Shown piece after piece: positions 46,037 to 55,963 of a stretch of 64,000 nt of DNA; the first letter of the stretch is position 1; every line of letters starts with the position of its first letter. The translations under genes were made by a program, and so were the position numbers. Location of the stretch: positions 61,828 through 125,827 of the IMG/VR virus record IMGVR_UViG_3300032770_000007. One strand, written 5' to 3'. The notes under the pieces were generated by a model, which worked only from the letters and a program-made list of their open reading frames with translations, did no database searches and was not told the origin of the DNA. The DNA comes from a virus.

Positions 46037-47504
46037 GGTTGATATTGTATACTTTAACTTTGAACTGTTCTCTTTGATATAGTTTCATTCTTTCAACATA
46101 ATGTAGGAGAGTATAGTTAGTATCTCCTCCTGTCCTCAAATCATCAGCAATATCAAATAAAATAGCTTCTGACTTTGTTTCAGAAACTCTTAAGCCTCTA
46201 CCAATAGACTGTAAGACTCTAATCTTAGACTTACTTGGTGATGCAAATATTATACTATGAATATTCCTAATAGATACGCCTTCTTGATAAACTCCATAAC
46301 TTGCTATAATGATAGCATTTGTTTCTTTTTCTATAATCTTTCTGTAACTCTCTCTAATCTCTACATCAGTGTAACCATAGATAAAATAGATTGGTCTGCC
46401 AGAATCTTTGAGTAGATTATAAAGCAATTTGCCATGCTTCTCGACTAACTGGAATAATATAAGAGTATTACCTTTAAGACTTAGAGCAAGATTTTTAATG
46501 AAGTTATTTCTCTTTTGATGCTGAACCAAAAACTCTAACTCTTCATAATAGTCTGTTGGAATGACAAGTCGGCATTCTTTTTCAGGATATTTCAATACCA
46601 GACATTTGATTGTCAAATCACTACTGATACCTTTCTCAATCATTTCCTTATTTGTGGCGATTTTGACAATAGGACCAAAATATCCTTCAAGAGTTAGACG
46701 AGGTATGTTCCCATCTTGCACAGATCCAGTAGTACCAATCCTGTATTTGGCATTTACCAATTGACCCATGATTTTGATTAGAGATTTAGATTGAAAGTGG
46801 TGAGCCTCATCTCCTATTACATAATCAAATTGCTTAAACCACATTTCATCATCCAAATCATAGACACTTTGCCAGGTAGAGATAACAATAGGCTTTCCTG
46901 TATATTTCTCTTGTCCTGAATAGATTTTATTTACCAGTCCATCAGCATCCCACTTATTGACAGTGCTATATTCTTTGAAATCATTATAGAGTTGTTCTAC
47001 CAGACCCACATTAGGAACAATAATAAGTCCTCTGAGGTTTTTCTGTTGAAGGTATCTACAGATAGCATATATTATATAAGACTTACCAGAGTTTGTTGCT
47101 GACTCAAGTATGCAGCGTTTATATCTAAGAGATTTTGTAATGCCGAGGAGTTGGTGTTCATGTGGTTCTAATAGTTTACCATTAGACCAAATCTTCAAAT
47201 CAGAACACAGATTTTGAGCATCCACTAAAGCGAAGTTATCGGCTAGATATTGATAACCTTCTATTACATGGTTTCTTTCTTTAGCAAAAATATGCACATG
47301 CCTAAGAAGACCAGCTGGTAGTCTCTTACTTCGTTTGTTATATAATCTTATGAAACCATCCCATTTGCGATCTCGATAGAGAGGAGAATGCCAGGCATCT
47401 GGGACTTTGAAAGAGAAAAATTCCCAAAGTTCATGCTGAATATCAGGATCAGAATGAACTTTTATATAAGCATCATTTAGTTTCTCGATTAGTATTTTAC
47501 TCAT
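46026..47504 (-). CDS. uvsW: SF2 helicase
   Basis: WDGFIRL, SATNSGKS, STWQS, GDEAH, QSIGRGLR. Confidence 0.96.
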   Translation of the reverse strand: MSKILIEKLNDAYIKVHSDPDIQHELWEFFSFKVPDAWHSPLYRDRKWDGFIRLYNKRSKRLPAGLLRHVHIFAKERNHVIEGYQYLADNFALVDAQNLCSDLKIWSNGKLLEPHEHQLLGITKSLRYKRCILESATNSGKSYIIYAICRYLQQKNLRGLIIVPNVGLVEQLYNDFKEYSTVNKWDADGLVNKIYSGQEKYTGKPIVISTWQSVYDLDDEMWFKQFDYVIGDEAHHFQSKSLIKIMGQLVNAKYRIGTTGSVQDGNIPRLTLEGYFGPIVKIATNKEMIEKGISSDLTIKCLVLKYPEKECRLVIPTDYYEELEFLVQHQKRNNFIKNLALSLKGNTLILFQLVEKHGKLLYNLLKDSGRPIYFIYGYTDVEIRESYRKIIEKETNAIIIASYGVYQEGVSIRNIHSIIFASPSKSKIRVLQSIGRGLRVSETKSEAILFDIADDLRTGGDTNYTLLHYVERMKLYQREQFKVKVYNINLGG

Positions 47505-47565
47505 TTAATATGCTAGAAATATTATAGATAATATTTGAGGGGTTTTCATCACTTGTTAAGGCTTC

Positions 47566-47829
47566 TTAGATCTTTTCTAGTTTTCGATTAGGACCAGTAT
47601 TATAGATACATTTCCAAAAGTTATTAGCTGCTTCTGGTTCTTTACCAAGTTGTAATATCTCAACTGTGCCATCTTTTGTATCTATATCTACTATGGGGCC
47701 ATTGGCTCCATAGATAATAAGATGCGAAGCTCGTGATAAAGAATCATTAAGTGTTATTACATTATTTTGTTCCATATTTATTGTCCTGCTATGAACCGCT
47801 CCCACTCCATGTATGATCTCAGCTGCCAC
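47566..47829 (-). CDS. hypothetical protein (start probably at MEQNNV)
   Basis: ORF between uvsY and uvsW. Confidence 0.5.
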   Translation of the reverse strand: MAAEIIHGVGAVHSRTINMEQNNVITLNDSLSRASHLIIYGANGPIVDIDTKDGTVEILQLGKEPEAANNFWKCIYNTGPNRKLEKI

Positions 47830-48227
47830 GTCCTGGCATTCAACTCTTTCAAAATACTTTCACAGACCCTAACAAGTTCATCATGGACAGCTTTCTTTTT
47901 GACTAGAACCATGATTTCATTATCAGCATCCACATATTCTTTTATCTCACCCTTGAGAACAAACTTGAATGGAGTTAGACCATATTTTTCTAACTCTTTC
48001 TGATCCATTTTACCACCATAATAATCATACTTACGTTTCCTAAGAGCAATCAAATCTTGATCAATCTTTCTAGACAACAATGAATGCTTACTCAAAACAC
48101 GTACATATTTGGCATGTAGTCTTGGAATATTGATGAGTTCTTTACCAGGTTCAGTGCTATCTAAAATAGCATCCTGATCCCAGGTATTCAAAAGTTCTGT
48201 GATTGGGTCAATGACTTCACTCATCAC
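47778..48227 (-). CDS. uvsY: recombination mediator
   Basis: W..D, IPRLHAKY, YYGGK, PFKFVLK, RTWQLRSYMEW.RF.AG. Confidence 0.93.
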   Translation of the reverse strand: MMSEVIDPITELLNTWDQDAILDSTEPGKELINIPRLHAKYVRVLSKHSLLSRKIDQDLIALRKRKYDYYGGKMDQKELEKYGLTPFKFVLKGEIKEYVDADNEIMVLVKKKAVHDELVRVCESILKELNARTWQLRSYMEWERFIAGQ

Positions 48228-48230
48228 AAC

Positions 48231-48259
48231 ATTATAATATCAATATTTGTAATAGTCAA
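48231..48259 (-). promoter_or_regulatory. sigma70-type promoter TTGACT-N17-TATAAT
   Basis: Near-consensus directly upstream of uvsY; probably yields a leaderless or short-leader mRNA. Confidence 0.8.
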
Positions 48260-48807
48260 GCAGTCAGATTATTGTCAATATTCGTAAATGTATAATAAGA
48301 ATAAACAAATGAAGCTGATACTGTTAGAATAGCATCAGCTGATACTTCTGTATCCATCTCAACAGGACCAAGATTAACAGGAAAACAATCCAGAAAAGCA
48401 AATTTGATTTCTTGATTATTCTTGGCGGTATAGATAGATAACTGAGCATCAGAGTATGGTGGTCTGATACCTGTAGAAGGAGGACCACCAGAACCCAAAG
48501 GAGGAGCATTATTTGCCAGCTCACGATATTGAGCAGCTGATACTGGTCTACCAATACCCATCATCCAGTTGAAAATATTATACCAGGCATTCATTTCAGC
48601 ATCAACTAAGAAAGTAACAGTCAATGGTTCATATTGAACTTTGGTTCCTGGAACCTTAAGATTAACAAATGGGGTTGGTTGGGTTGCTGTGCCTAGCATA
48701 ATGCCTGGTACTGCTACCTTTGTACAATAAAAAACTGTGTTGGCTATTCTATCAAATGAAAGACTAAATTTAGTCTTTTGTAAGAGATTTTGAGATAGAT
48801 TTGTCAT
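48256..48807 (-). CDS. gp3: tail tube terminator / tail completion protein
   Basis: NLLQ..KF, VPGI.LG, PG..VQYEPL..FLVD..IFNWM, YSDA.L, F.DCFP; position after gp23. Confidence 0.88.
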   Translation of the reverse strand: MTNLSQNLLQKTKFSLSFDRIANTVFYCTKVAVPGIMLGTATQPTPFVNLKVPGTKVQYEPLTVTFLVDAEMNAWYNIFNWMMGIGRPVSAAQYRELANNAPPLGSGGPPSTGIRPPYSDAQLSIYTAKNNQEIKFAFLDCFPVNLGPVEMDTEVSADAILTVSASFVYSYYTFTNIDNNLTA

Positions 48808-49361
48808 GCTATTATCCAAGAACCACCAACCCAACGTTTCCCTTTATTATGAGCTGGTTTATTGCGTTTATATGGAGCAAATGGTGACAGAAATACTCTA
48901 CCTCTCCAATAACCTTCTGGTGGTATTTTATCCTTATGCACTTTAATATTTATGGTGCCATTTGTATACCAATATTGATTTCTGCTATACTGATTTCCTT
49001 TAGAATGTAATAATGGTTTACCTTTCTTTGATTTACTAATATTTGCAGCTTTTTCTGGAGTACAAGGTCCTCCATCTCCTCCAGGAGTCATATTATAACC
49101 TTTACCATATGTTTGATATTCTTTGATAAAATATGGTTCCATTATATTTTTGGTATGGTTTTCATCTTTAGACATATAAATTTCTTGAACTTCAAATGCT
49201 TCCCAACCATGTTTGCGAATAGCTTGATGAAGATTATACATAGAACCCCTTTTGGCATTTGATCTATGTTCAGCTATCCGTTTATCAATAGAACAAGAAG
49301 TAAAACCTATGTATTGTTTACCATTCTTCTTATTCTTTATCAAATATATTGTACAAAACAT
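48804..49361 (-). CDS. GIY-YIG (Seg-like) homing endonuclease
   Basis: TIYLIKNKKNGKQYIGFT..R..EH, AIRKHG, GYNMTPGGDG. Confidence 0.9.
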   Translation of the reverse strand: MFCTIYLIKNKKNGKQYIGFTSCSIDKRIAEHRSNAKRGSMYNLHQAIRKHGWEAFEVQEIYMSKDENHTKNIMEPYFIKEYQTYGKGYNMTPGGDGGPCTPEKAANISKSKKGKPLLHSKGNQYSRNQYWYTNGTINIKVHKDKIPPEGYWRGRVFLSPFAPYKRNKPAHNKGKRWVGGSWIIA

Positions 49362-49374
49362 TTTAAATATTATA

Positions 49375-49403
49375 TAAAAGAAAGACCATCATATGATGGT
49401 CTT
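49375..49403 (-). terminator. palindromic hairpin/terminator next to a late promoter
   Basis: AAGACCATCA-TA-TGATGGTCTT then TCTTTT; CTAAATA at 49405-49411. Confidence 0.6.
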
Positions 49404-49415
49404 ATATTTAGGTTT

Positions 49416-49495
49416 GGCCATATAGTTCAATGAGCTAGAACGTTCTATAATTAGTCCGAAAGATGTCTAGTGCAAATCTAGACTATGGCCTTCCA
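49416..49495 (+). tRNA. degenerate tRNA-like element (pseudo-tRNA), antisense to the genes
   Basis: GGCCATA/TATGGCC acceptor, GTTC/GAAC D-stem, GTCTAG-TGCAAAT-CTAGAC T-arm, 3' TTCCA; anticodon arm does not pair. Confidence 0.5.
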
Positions 49496-49513
49496 TTTAG
49501 TTACACAGAATAC

Positions 49514-49537
49514 AAAAGAGGGATGTTTCCATCCCTC
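49514..49537 (-). terminator. terminator after gp23
   Basis: GAGGGATG-GAAA-CATCCCTC-TTTT on the minus strand. Confidence 0.85.
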
Positions 49538-49580
49538 CTTCATTTGGCCTTTTAGGCTCTTGTTGGTATAAGAACAAATC

Positions 49581-50993
49581 TCATTTTAGATTGCTTACAA
49601 TAGCCTTACGGTAGTATAGGTTACTGTTGGCAGTTAGAGCTCCTAGTCCCTGTGTGTAACCCTGTGCGAATGGGTTAGCAACCAAGCCATAACGGGTCTT
49701 GAAACCAATCTTAGGCTGATAGGTGTTAGGATCAATTGCACGTACCATCTGCAATGGAACATAAGGACAGTAGAACAAACCTGCATCGTAGGCATTTGAT
49801 CCACGGTATCCAGCAACATAGTAGTCTGCGCCTGATACTGAGTAAGGATCAACGAATACCTTCACCTTACCATTTAGGATGCCAAGGAATGTGCCTCTCT
49901 CATAGTCATCAGGCATTGCAACACCACCAGTAAGTTTATCGAACTTGCTTAGGTAGTCAAGCATTCCTGACATAGCCAGAGCCGATCCCACGTCTGAAGA
50001 GACGATAAGGATATTGCCCTTTCCTCTACGAGTATCCTTCTCGATTCTGTTACATTCTCTTTCAATCTGGAATACCAGACCCTTATAAGCTTCAACTGCC
50101 CATCTACCATATGAGTCACCAGTGAATGATGAACCAGTAAATGGTGTCAAGTTGAATGTACCTACAGAGGTTGATGTCTGAGCACCAACTGATGAGGTAA
50201 TGTAAATATTACGGATAACTTCACGATTGATTTCAGCCAACAGTTCTGTTGAAAGAATGTTAGCCAATTCTGTCTCAGCATCAAGACCATGAATGGCCTT
50301 CAAATCCTGTGCCAGTTCAAGGGTGTATCCAGCCTGCAAGCCACGGCCATTTGCTGTAACCGTAACTTTTTCGATTGAGAAACCCATGTTCTGCAAAGTT
50401 GTACCGCCACCCAAATCTTCTAGGTTAGCAGTTGGCCAGCCACCACCAGCACCATAGGCTGTGTTGCTACCACCAGGATTAGCATTCTGAGCTGAAGCAT
50501 TTGAAAGAGGACCAACAAATGCTAGTGATAGATTACCACCATAATTGTTAGCTTCCTGATACAGAGCTTCATTGTTTACACCATTGATCTGTGCGTTTGA
50601 TGTAGCATATACAGAACGCATTGCGAAGATCAAACCAGTAGGACCGGTCATAGGCTGAACACCGCAGACATCATAGCCCATCAAAACAGGCATGTTTCTA
50701 CGGATCAAACTAATCAGGATTGGGTCAAAACCAGCAACTGGACCAGCTGCTGTTGCGGCAGTAGCATAACCACCTGTACCAGCAAAATTGACTGGAAGTG
50801 TTTCTGTGATCATTCCACCACCAACGAAACCACCTTCAACCAACTGACGACGCTCTTCAGCTAATGAACGCTCTGTGTTTTCCAACAGCACGGCGCAATG
50901 TAGTCTACGAGTAGCATCCTTGATCTTTGGAAGGTCTTCGTGATCCAATACTGGACCCCACTTCTTCAATAGTTCATCGTTATTATATCTCAT
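49581..50993 (-). CDS. gp23: major capsid protein
   Basis: KWGPVLDH, GPVAGFDPILISLIRR, CGVQPMTGPTGLIFAMR, ELAQDLKAIHGLDAE, YCPYVPLQ, IGFKTRYG. Confidence 0.99.
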   Translation of the reverse strand: MRYNNDELLKKWGPVLDHEDLPKIKDATRRLHCAVLLENTERSLAEERRQLVEGGFVGGGMITETLPVNFAGTGGYATAATAAGPVAGFDPILISLIRRNMPVLMGYDVCGVQPMTGPTGLIFAMRSVYATSNAQINGVNNEALYQEANNYGGNLSLAFVGPLSNASAQNANPGGSNTAYGAGGGWPTANLEDLGGGTTLQNMGFSIEKVTVTANGRGLQAGYTLELAQDLKAIHGLDAETELANILSTELLAEINREVIRNIYITSSVGAQTSTSVGTFNLTPFTGSSFTGDSYGRWAVEAYKGLVFQIERECNRIEKDTRRGKGNILIVSSDVGSALAMSGMLDYLSKFDKLTGGVAMPDDYERGTFLGILNGKVKVFVDPYSVSGADYYVAGYRGSNAYDAGLFYCPYVPLQMVRAIDPNTYQPKIGFKTRYGLVANPFAQGYTQGLGALTANSNLYYRKAIVSNLK

Positions 50994-51022
50994 CGTTGTC
51001 TCCTGGACTCAAACAGATTGTG

Positions 51023-52240
51023 TTATGATCTTGCGACCTGTCTACTAATACCTTCAACATATCTTGCCATTGCACCACTTACTTCTTTCGTTTCAACTGG
51101 GGTTTCCAGTGATTCTGCCAAAGCAATTTGTGATTGTGGCTTCTTATTCACCTGGTTGTTAGAGAAATACTGACCACGTATAATGTTCAACTTTTCTCTA
51201 TATTCACCTTCTGTGGTGAACTCAACACTCTCTGTGAGCGTCCTGAATTTTTCTACTTGTGTGGCGGTGAGCCCTTCACAAACAGCAGAGATTAATTCGG
51301 TTTTCTTAGCTTCATTAATCTTTTTATTCAGTTCTACATTTGTATTTAGCGTTTCATTAATTTGAGCCTGTAGTTCCTCTACTTTAGCAGTCAAGGCTTC
51401 TACAACATCAACCTTCTCTTCTGGAATGTTCATGTTGTGCTCAACAAACAAATTACGCAAATCTTCAATAAACTCTTCAGTGATTTCGCTCTTTAGACCT
51501 GATGTAACAGCAACTTCATTCTTTGACATCCATTGCTCAACCATGTGGTCCAAATAACTATCAACCTGACTTTCTAGTTCTTCTTTGATTTCTTCTACTG
51601 CTTGTTCTGAAGCTTCAAGGATTTCCTTTTCAAGCTTTTCAACTACCATTACAGCACGTGTAATGACAGCAGCTTCAAATATAGTCTTTGCTTTTGTCTT
51701 GAAATCTTCTGATAGTTCAAAACCAGCAAACATTGCGGCCATGTCTTCTTCAACGGATAGAGACTTCATAGTCTCGCGAATACCTTCTAGACGAGCAACT
51801 CTTGCTGCTTCAATCTCTTCTGCTGTTGGAACAGTTTCTTCTTTATAAAGAGTATCAGCTGCTTCACCAGTTCCTGGAGCAGTATCAGCATTACCACTTT
51901 GTGTAGCTAGTGGTGGTTCTGCATCTGGTTCGCCTCTATTTGCGGCACCATCAGTATCATCCTTTTCTGGACCCTTGTGCATTGGTTCACCAGCAACAGC
52001 TGGTCCTTTTGGAGCAGCAGCCTGTGAACGATGTGCAGCAGTTACCTGACCAATATTTGTACCTTCAGGCTTTGTGGTTGTAGCACCACCCAAGTCTACA
52101 ACAGCACCTGCGGCTGCAACAGCACCAGGATCACTGCCACGCTCTGGCCCTCTATGCATTGGTTCTTGACCAGCCTTAGCAGAAGCCTGTAGGACGTCTA
52201 CGGCTGCTTCTGATAATGTTTTTCTTTTGGTGGTTGTCAT
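51023..52240 (-). CDS. gp22: prohead core scaffold protein
   Basis: LSEDFKTKAKTIFEAA, VDSYLD..VEQW, MARY; position. Confidence 0.93.
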   Translation of the reverse strand: MTTTKRKTLSEAAVDVLQASAKAGQEPMHRGPERGSDPGAVAAAGAVVDLGGATTTKPEGTNIGQVTAAHRSQAAAPKGPAVAGEPMHKGPEKDDTDGAANRGEPDAEPPLATQSGNADTAPGTGEAADTLYKEETVPTAEEIEAARVARLEGIRETMKSLSVEEDMAAMFAGFELSEDFKTKAKTIFEAAVITRAVMVVEKLEKEILEASEQAVEEIKEELESQVDSYLDHMVEQWMSKNEVAVTSGLKSEITEEFIEDLRNLFVEHNMNIPEEKVDVVEALTAKVEELQAQINETLNTNVELNKKINEAKKTELISAVCEGLTATQVEKFRTLTESVEFTTEGEYREKLNIIRGQYFSNNQVNKKPQSQIALAESLETPVETKEVSGAMARYVEGISRQVARS

Positions 52241-52284
52241 ATCAAATCCTCTATGAGATCTCAGTTATTTATGTATTCTCTTTT

Positions 52285-52929
52285 TTACAACTTGTTGATA
52301 AAATGGCTAAATGCTTTGAGTGTTGTTTCTTCCAAATTCTTACTCTTAGCATTCTTTACTTCTTGGTAGATAGCATGAATATCTGCTTCTTGAATTAGAC
52401 CATTATTCCAGACCCATTCCCTTTGTTCCATTAGTCCACGAACAAATGCATCAGGTGCTGAAGGATCGGCAACTATATCTGCACCAGTAGAAAGGTGATA
52501 GTCATCCTGGACCATGTTTATACCTTCTACCATTTTCAAAGAACCAACACCTCTTGAAGAAACACCAATTTGACCACCATCCTCAATGAGTGCTCTAACT
52601 GTATTTCCCATAGGTGTTTCTAATATTCTTGCTTTACCTATCCAGTTATTACCTTCTGATTTCAAATTAACAATACGATGAGAAGCACGATCAAGATTGA
52701 TAGTTGGACTTTCTGGATGACCTAGTTCGCCCCAGGCACAGTTACGATCAACTTTTTCCTTTAGATAACGTGCTACTTCACGTTCAAGAATAGCTCTTGG
52801 ATAGATACGGCTATTGCGATTTTTTTGTTCAGCCTGTAAGAAAACTCCCTCAATATAAAGGGATTTCTTACCTTCCTTTTCCTCAGTTAGGTAGCGAACG
52901 TCTTCTATTTGTTCAATCAATAAACGCAT
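52285..52929 (-). CDS. gp21: prohead protease
   Basis: IEGVFLQ..KNRNSRIYP, GELGHP, GVSSRGVGS, DIVADPSAPDAFV. Confidence 0.97.
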   Translation of the reverse strand: MRLLIEQIEDVRYLTEEKEGKKSLYIEGVFLQAEQKNRNSRIYPRAILEREVARYLKEKVDRNCAWGELGHPESPTINLDRASHRIVNLKSEGNNWIGKARILETPMGNTVRALIEDGGQIGVSSRGVGSLKMVEGINMVQDDYHLSTGADIVADPSAPDAFVRGLMEQREWVWNNGLIQEADIHAIYQEVKNAKSKNLEETTLKAFSHFINKL

Positions 52930-53108
52930 TATAGTTTGTTAACTGTATTTGATACTGAATTGACTACGCCTTGAACTGTATTTGCTACGCCTGTTGCCTT
53001 TGCTTCAACTGAGGTAACTTGTTTCTTTACCCAATTATATACAGCAGGAACAACTACGCAAACAACACAACCTGCAACAAAACCTACAACTAGTGATACT
53101 AGATCCAT
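52929..53108 (-). CDS. small membrane protein
   Basis: MDLVSLVVGFVAGCVVCVVVPAVY single TM; late promoter at 53144. Confidence 0.6.
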   Translation of the reverse strand: MDLVSLVVGFVAGCVVCVVVPAVYNWVKKQVTSVEAKATGVANTVQGVVNSVSNTVNKL

Positions 53109-53192
53109 GTGATGTACTCCGAAAGCAATGATTCCAATAAGAGTATTTAGTACATTCCAAATAGTTAGAATAAGTGTTAACATATGATCCTC

Positions 53193-53468
53193 TTACAGTC
53201 CTAGACTGTGTCTCCTACGCATACTTCTGGCTCTTTTCATCAATATTCTCGCTCTTTTTGACTTGAGTTTGAATTTTGCTCTTCTGGCTCCTCTCTTACG
53301 ATGAAGCTTTTCAGAAGCACTCATTCTTACAAGTTTTCCATGAGATAATCTAAATCCCTTTACATTAGAGATTTTGACATTTCTCTGAACTTTACCACCA
53401 CGTATTCTTATTCTTACCCTCTTTATTCTTGGACCTACTTCTGTTAGAAAGGTCGCAAAACTACCCAT
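53193..53468 (-). CDS. gp68: basic prohead core protein (gp68-like)
   Basis: MGSFATFLTE then very Arg/Lys-rich (VRMSASEK..RKRGAR..RSMRRR..LGL); position. Confidence 0.7.
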   Translation of the reverse strand: MGSFATFLTEVGPRIKRVRIRIRGGKVQRNVKISNVKGFRLSHGKLVRMSASEKLHRKRGARRAKFKLKSKRARILMKRARSMRRRHSLGL

Positions 53469-53469
53469 T

Positions 53470-53943
53470 TTAGACGTAACCAAATGGTGGCTGATTTTCT
53501 ACATTTGCCCAAGCACCACAAAGGGTATTGGCTTTAAAGTTGACTATCAATGTATAAGTATCATTAGCATCCACATTGCTAACAAATAGATTGATATCTC
53601 CAGTAGCATTAGCACCAAGAGTATTTGGTATATAAACTTCAAAATCACCTGATTGATATTTACCCATGGTAACTATAGTCTGATTAGCATTAGCTCCAGA
53701 TGACTGAGCACTTGCATATTCTAATGATAAAAAACCATTAGCTATACCACAAGCAAAGGCTATTCTAGTTAATTCAATGATACAGTTACCAACTGAAGCA
53801 TTCGCGCCAGGTAATGTATTTGCAACAATAATCTTATTATTAGAAACTGCAGTTGTAGTGTTATATTGGCCAGTAACCTTGAATGTTGAAGTATAATCTT
53901 TGGTCCAAAGCTTTGTTGTAACTGGTGCATTGAATGTTGCCAT
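53470..53943 (-). CDS. putative virion structural protein, Ala-Asn rich
   Basis: Beta-rich composition, GANATGDI motif, located in the head module. Confidence 0.6.
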   Translation of the reverse strand: MATFNAPVTTKLWTKDYTSTFKVTGQYNTTTAVSNNKIIVANTLPGANASVGNCIIELTRIAFACGIANGFLSLEYASAQSSGANANQTIVTMGKYQSGDFEVYIPNTLGANATGDINLFVSNVDANDTYTLIVNFKANTLCGAWANVENQPPFGYV

Positions 53944-53944
53944 A

Positions 53945-54601
53945 TTATTTTTTCGCCTCTTTATTGACTAAATCACTGGCGAACTTCGCCACTTTCACTA
54001 ATCCCTCTGGACTACTATTTATCAATTCACTAAGTTTCATTTTATTTGAACTATTAACCTTGTGCCAGAGATCATGAACAGCCTTAGCAGTGACTGGATG
54101 AACTCTTGATGTTGCTCCATTATGGAATAGAACTTCATCCTCTTCACCTTTCCTAAGAATAGTATTTATTCGATGCATTGGTGTTTCTTGTAATACTTCT
54201 TCTTTCACATTTCCCTGTCCATAGTCATGAGACCAGGTACCTACCACTTGATCTCCATTATAAGCAATAGTGTGGCCTTTTGATTTACCAGCATAACCCA
54301 ATGGAGCACGATGACGTTGAATAGTTGTTGCTCCTTTTGATTTTACTTCATCTTCCCATTCACCGTACAAACGATGAGGAGCATTTTCTTTGATTGGTAA
54401 CATATTTGATGGTTTTAGTTTGCCCGTTGTATAATCATAAGGAATAGCGATAGAGATTGATAACTGAGGATTTGTATAAAGAGCTACTCTTTCTCCATTA
54501 GGATAGTTTCTAATAGCCATCCTTCTCATTTGTAATAACATTGGAGGATCAGCGGTTTCTAAAACCATATTTTCATGAATAAAGTTTCTAAAAGTTTTCA
54601 T
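53945..54601 (-). CDS. putative internal head protein
   Basis: CTS-like MKTFRNFIHE; DPPMLLQMRR..IR.YP.G.RVALY module; IKE, VKEE and LQE linkers. Confidence 0.65.
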   Translation of the reverse strand: MKTFRNFIHENMVLETADPPMLLQMRRMAIRNYPNGERVALYTNPQLSISIAIPYDYTTGKLKPSNMLPIKENAPHRLYGEWEDEVKSKGATTIQRHRAPLGYAGKSKGHTIAYNGDQVVGTWSHDYGQGNVKEEVLQETPMHRINTILRKGEEDEVLFHNGATSRVHPVTAKAVHDLWHKVNSSNKMKLSELINSSPEGLVKVAKFASDLVNKEAKK

Positions 54602-55214
54602 TTGATATACTCTTACATTTATCAAAATGCCAACGTTTCATAACATTATATTGACCAATTTTGCCACAATGAATACATTCTATCTTTTTTCTAGCTAAAG
54701 AAACCTTTCTAAGTTTTTCTCTAACTTTTGGACGTTTGATCGGACTATTATCACCTCTAAACTTATTTGCTATTTCTTTATTGAACATAGGATTATCAGA
54801 AATCATCATTTCAGTATGACGTTTCATATATTCAATATTTGTATGTAAATGATGATTTGCCCCAGATTTTTTCAAAATAACTTCTGGTCGATACATAGGA
54901 TTATCTGTTTTCAAATATTGAACAAACTTTCTTTTCAACCAACCAAATTCTTTGTTATTTACTCGTTGTCCATATTTATCCCAACTCATTACTTTTACAG
55001 CCCATAATAATGATTTATTTCCTGGATATATCTTTACTAATAGTTGATGCGCGACATAGTGTTCTTCTGGTGTAAGAAATGCAATATTGTCCTTGGTGTA
55101 TTTGCCTCCTAAGCAACCAGGAACTATTCGATGTCGTTCAAAGTAACCAGTTTTTGGTTTTGTCTTTGGAGCACGATTTATAAGTTTGTCATAATGATAT
55201 TGATAGTTCATCAT
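54588..55214 (-). CDS. HNH (Mob-like) homing endonuclease
   Basis: NYQYHYDKLI, ERHRIVPGCLGG..DNIAFLTPEEHYVAHQLL; DNPM repeats; C-terminal CIHC..RWHFDKC. Confidence 0.88.
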   Translation of the reverse strand: MMNYQYHYDKLINRAPKTKPKTGYFERHRIVPGCLGGKYTKDNIAFLTPEEHYVAHQLLVKIYPGNKSLLWAVKVMSWDKYGQRVNNKEFGWLKRKFVQYLKTDNPMYRPEVILKKSGANHHLHTNIEYMKRHTEMMISDNPMFNKEIANKFRGDNSPIKRPKVREKLRKVSLARKKIECIHCGKIGQYNVMKRWHFDKCKSISNENF

Positions 55215-55963
55215 TACTTCTTGTGCTTTGAGAAATAAGCACCTAGCGCACGGCGAATGCGTTGTTTCTTGCTATCACCTTTAAACATTTTATTCTTTGA
55301 ATGAACAAAGTCATCAATATAGGTAGAAGCAGAAGCATTAGGAGAAAGAACTTCATTGATCTTGTTCAATCTAATAGTATCTTCTTTCAAACGTCTAGGA
55401 TTGCTTGGATCATGTGGCCATAAATGCTTCACAAAATATCCGTGCATTTTCATCATATGGTCTCGATTAGTTCCCTTCTTAGCCAAAGCATGTTCTTCTG
55501 GAGTTCCAAAATGCTTTGCCATAAGTATAGCATTCTTATCATGGAAGTTTTCATCTTCATTCTTGCGATACTGACGGATTAAAGCTTTGTGATTTATAGT
55601 CTCATTCACAACTTCTTCAGCAGCAATATTATCAATATTTTTGGTTCTTAGACCATCAATATTTTGCTTAGCATTTTCAACCGCAGACTTCTTGATTTTT
55701 GGAGTTGCTTCTTCTTTAGCAAGTTTTTTAGCAGCTAATCTAACACCAGCCAAACGTTTATTAGCAGTACGCTTTGCTGAAGAATCGTTTGGTGTTTGAG
55801 CAAGTTGATTCGGTGTTAATGTTGAAGCCTGATGTACTCTCATAGCATGATGTACTGCGGCATGCATCATAGCAGAGCTAGCAGCCTTATCAATATATCC
55901 GGCTAATGTCTTCTTATTGAGTTCAGTTATAACTGTTCTTATTGTTGATAGGGTCTTAGACAT
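55214..55963 (-). CDS. putative modular internal head protein
   Basis: ITE, AKEE, VNE, LKE and INE linkers; first module similar to one in 3855..5462. Confidence 0.6.
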   Translation of the reverse strand: MSKTLSTIRTVITELNKKTLAGYIDKAASSAMMHAAVHHAMRVHQASTLTPNQLAQTPNDSSAKRTANKRLAGVRLAAKKLAKEEATPKIKKSAVENAKQNIDGLRTKNIDNIAAEEVVNETINHKALIRQYRKNEDENFHDKNAILMAKHFGTPEEHALAKKGTNRDHMMKMHGYFVKHLWPHDPSNPRRLKEDTIRLNKINEVLSPNASASTYIDDFVHSKNKMFKGDSKKQRIRRALGAYFSKHKK

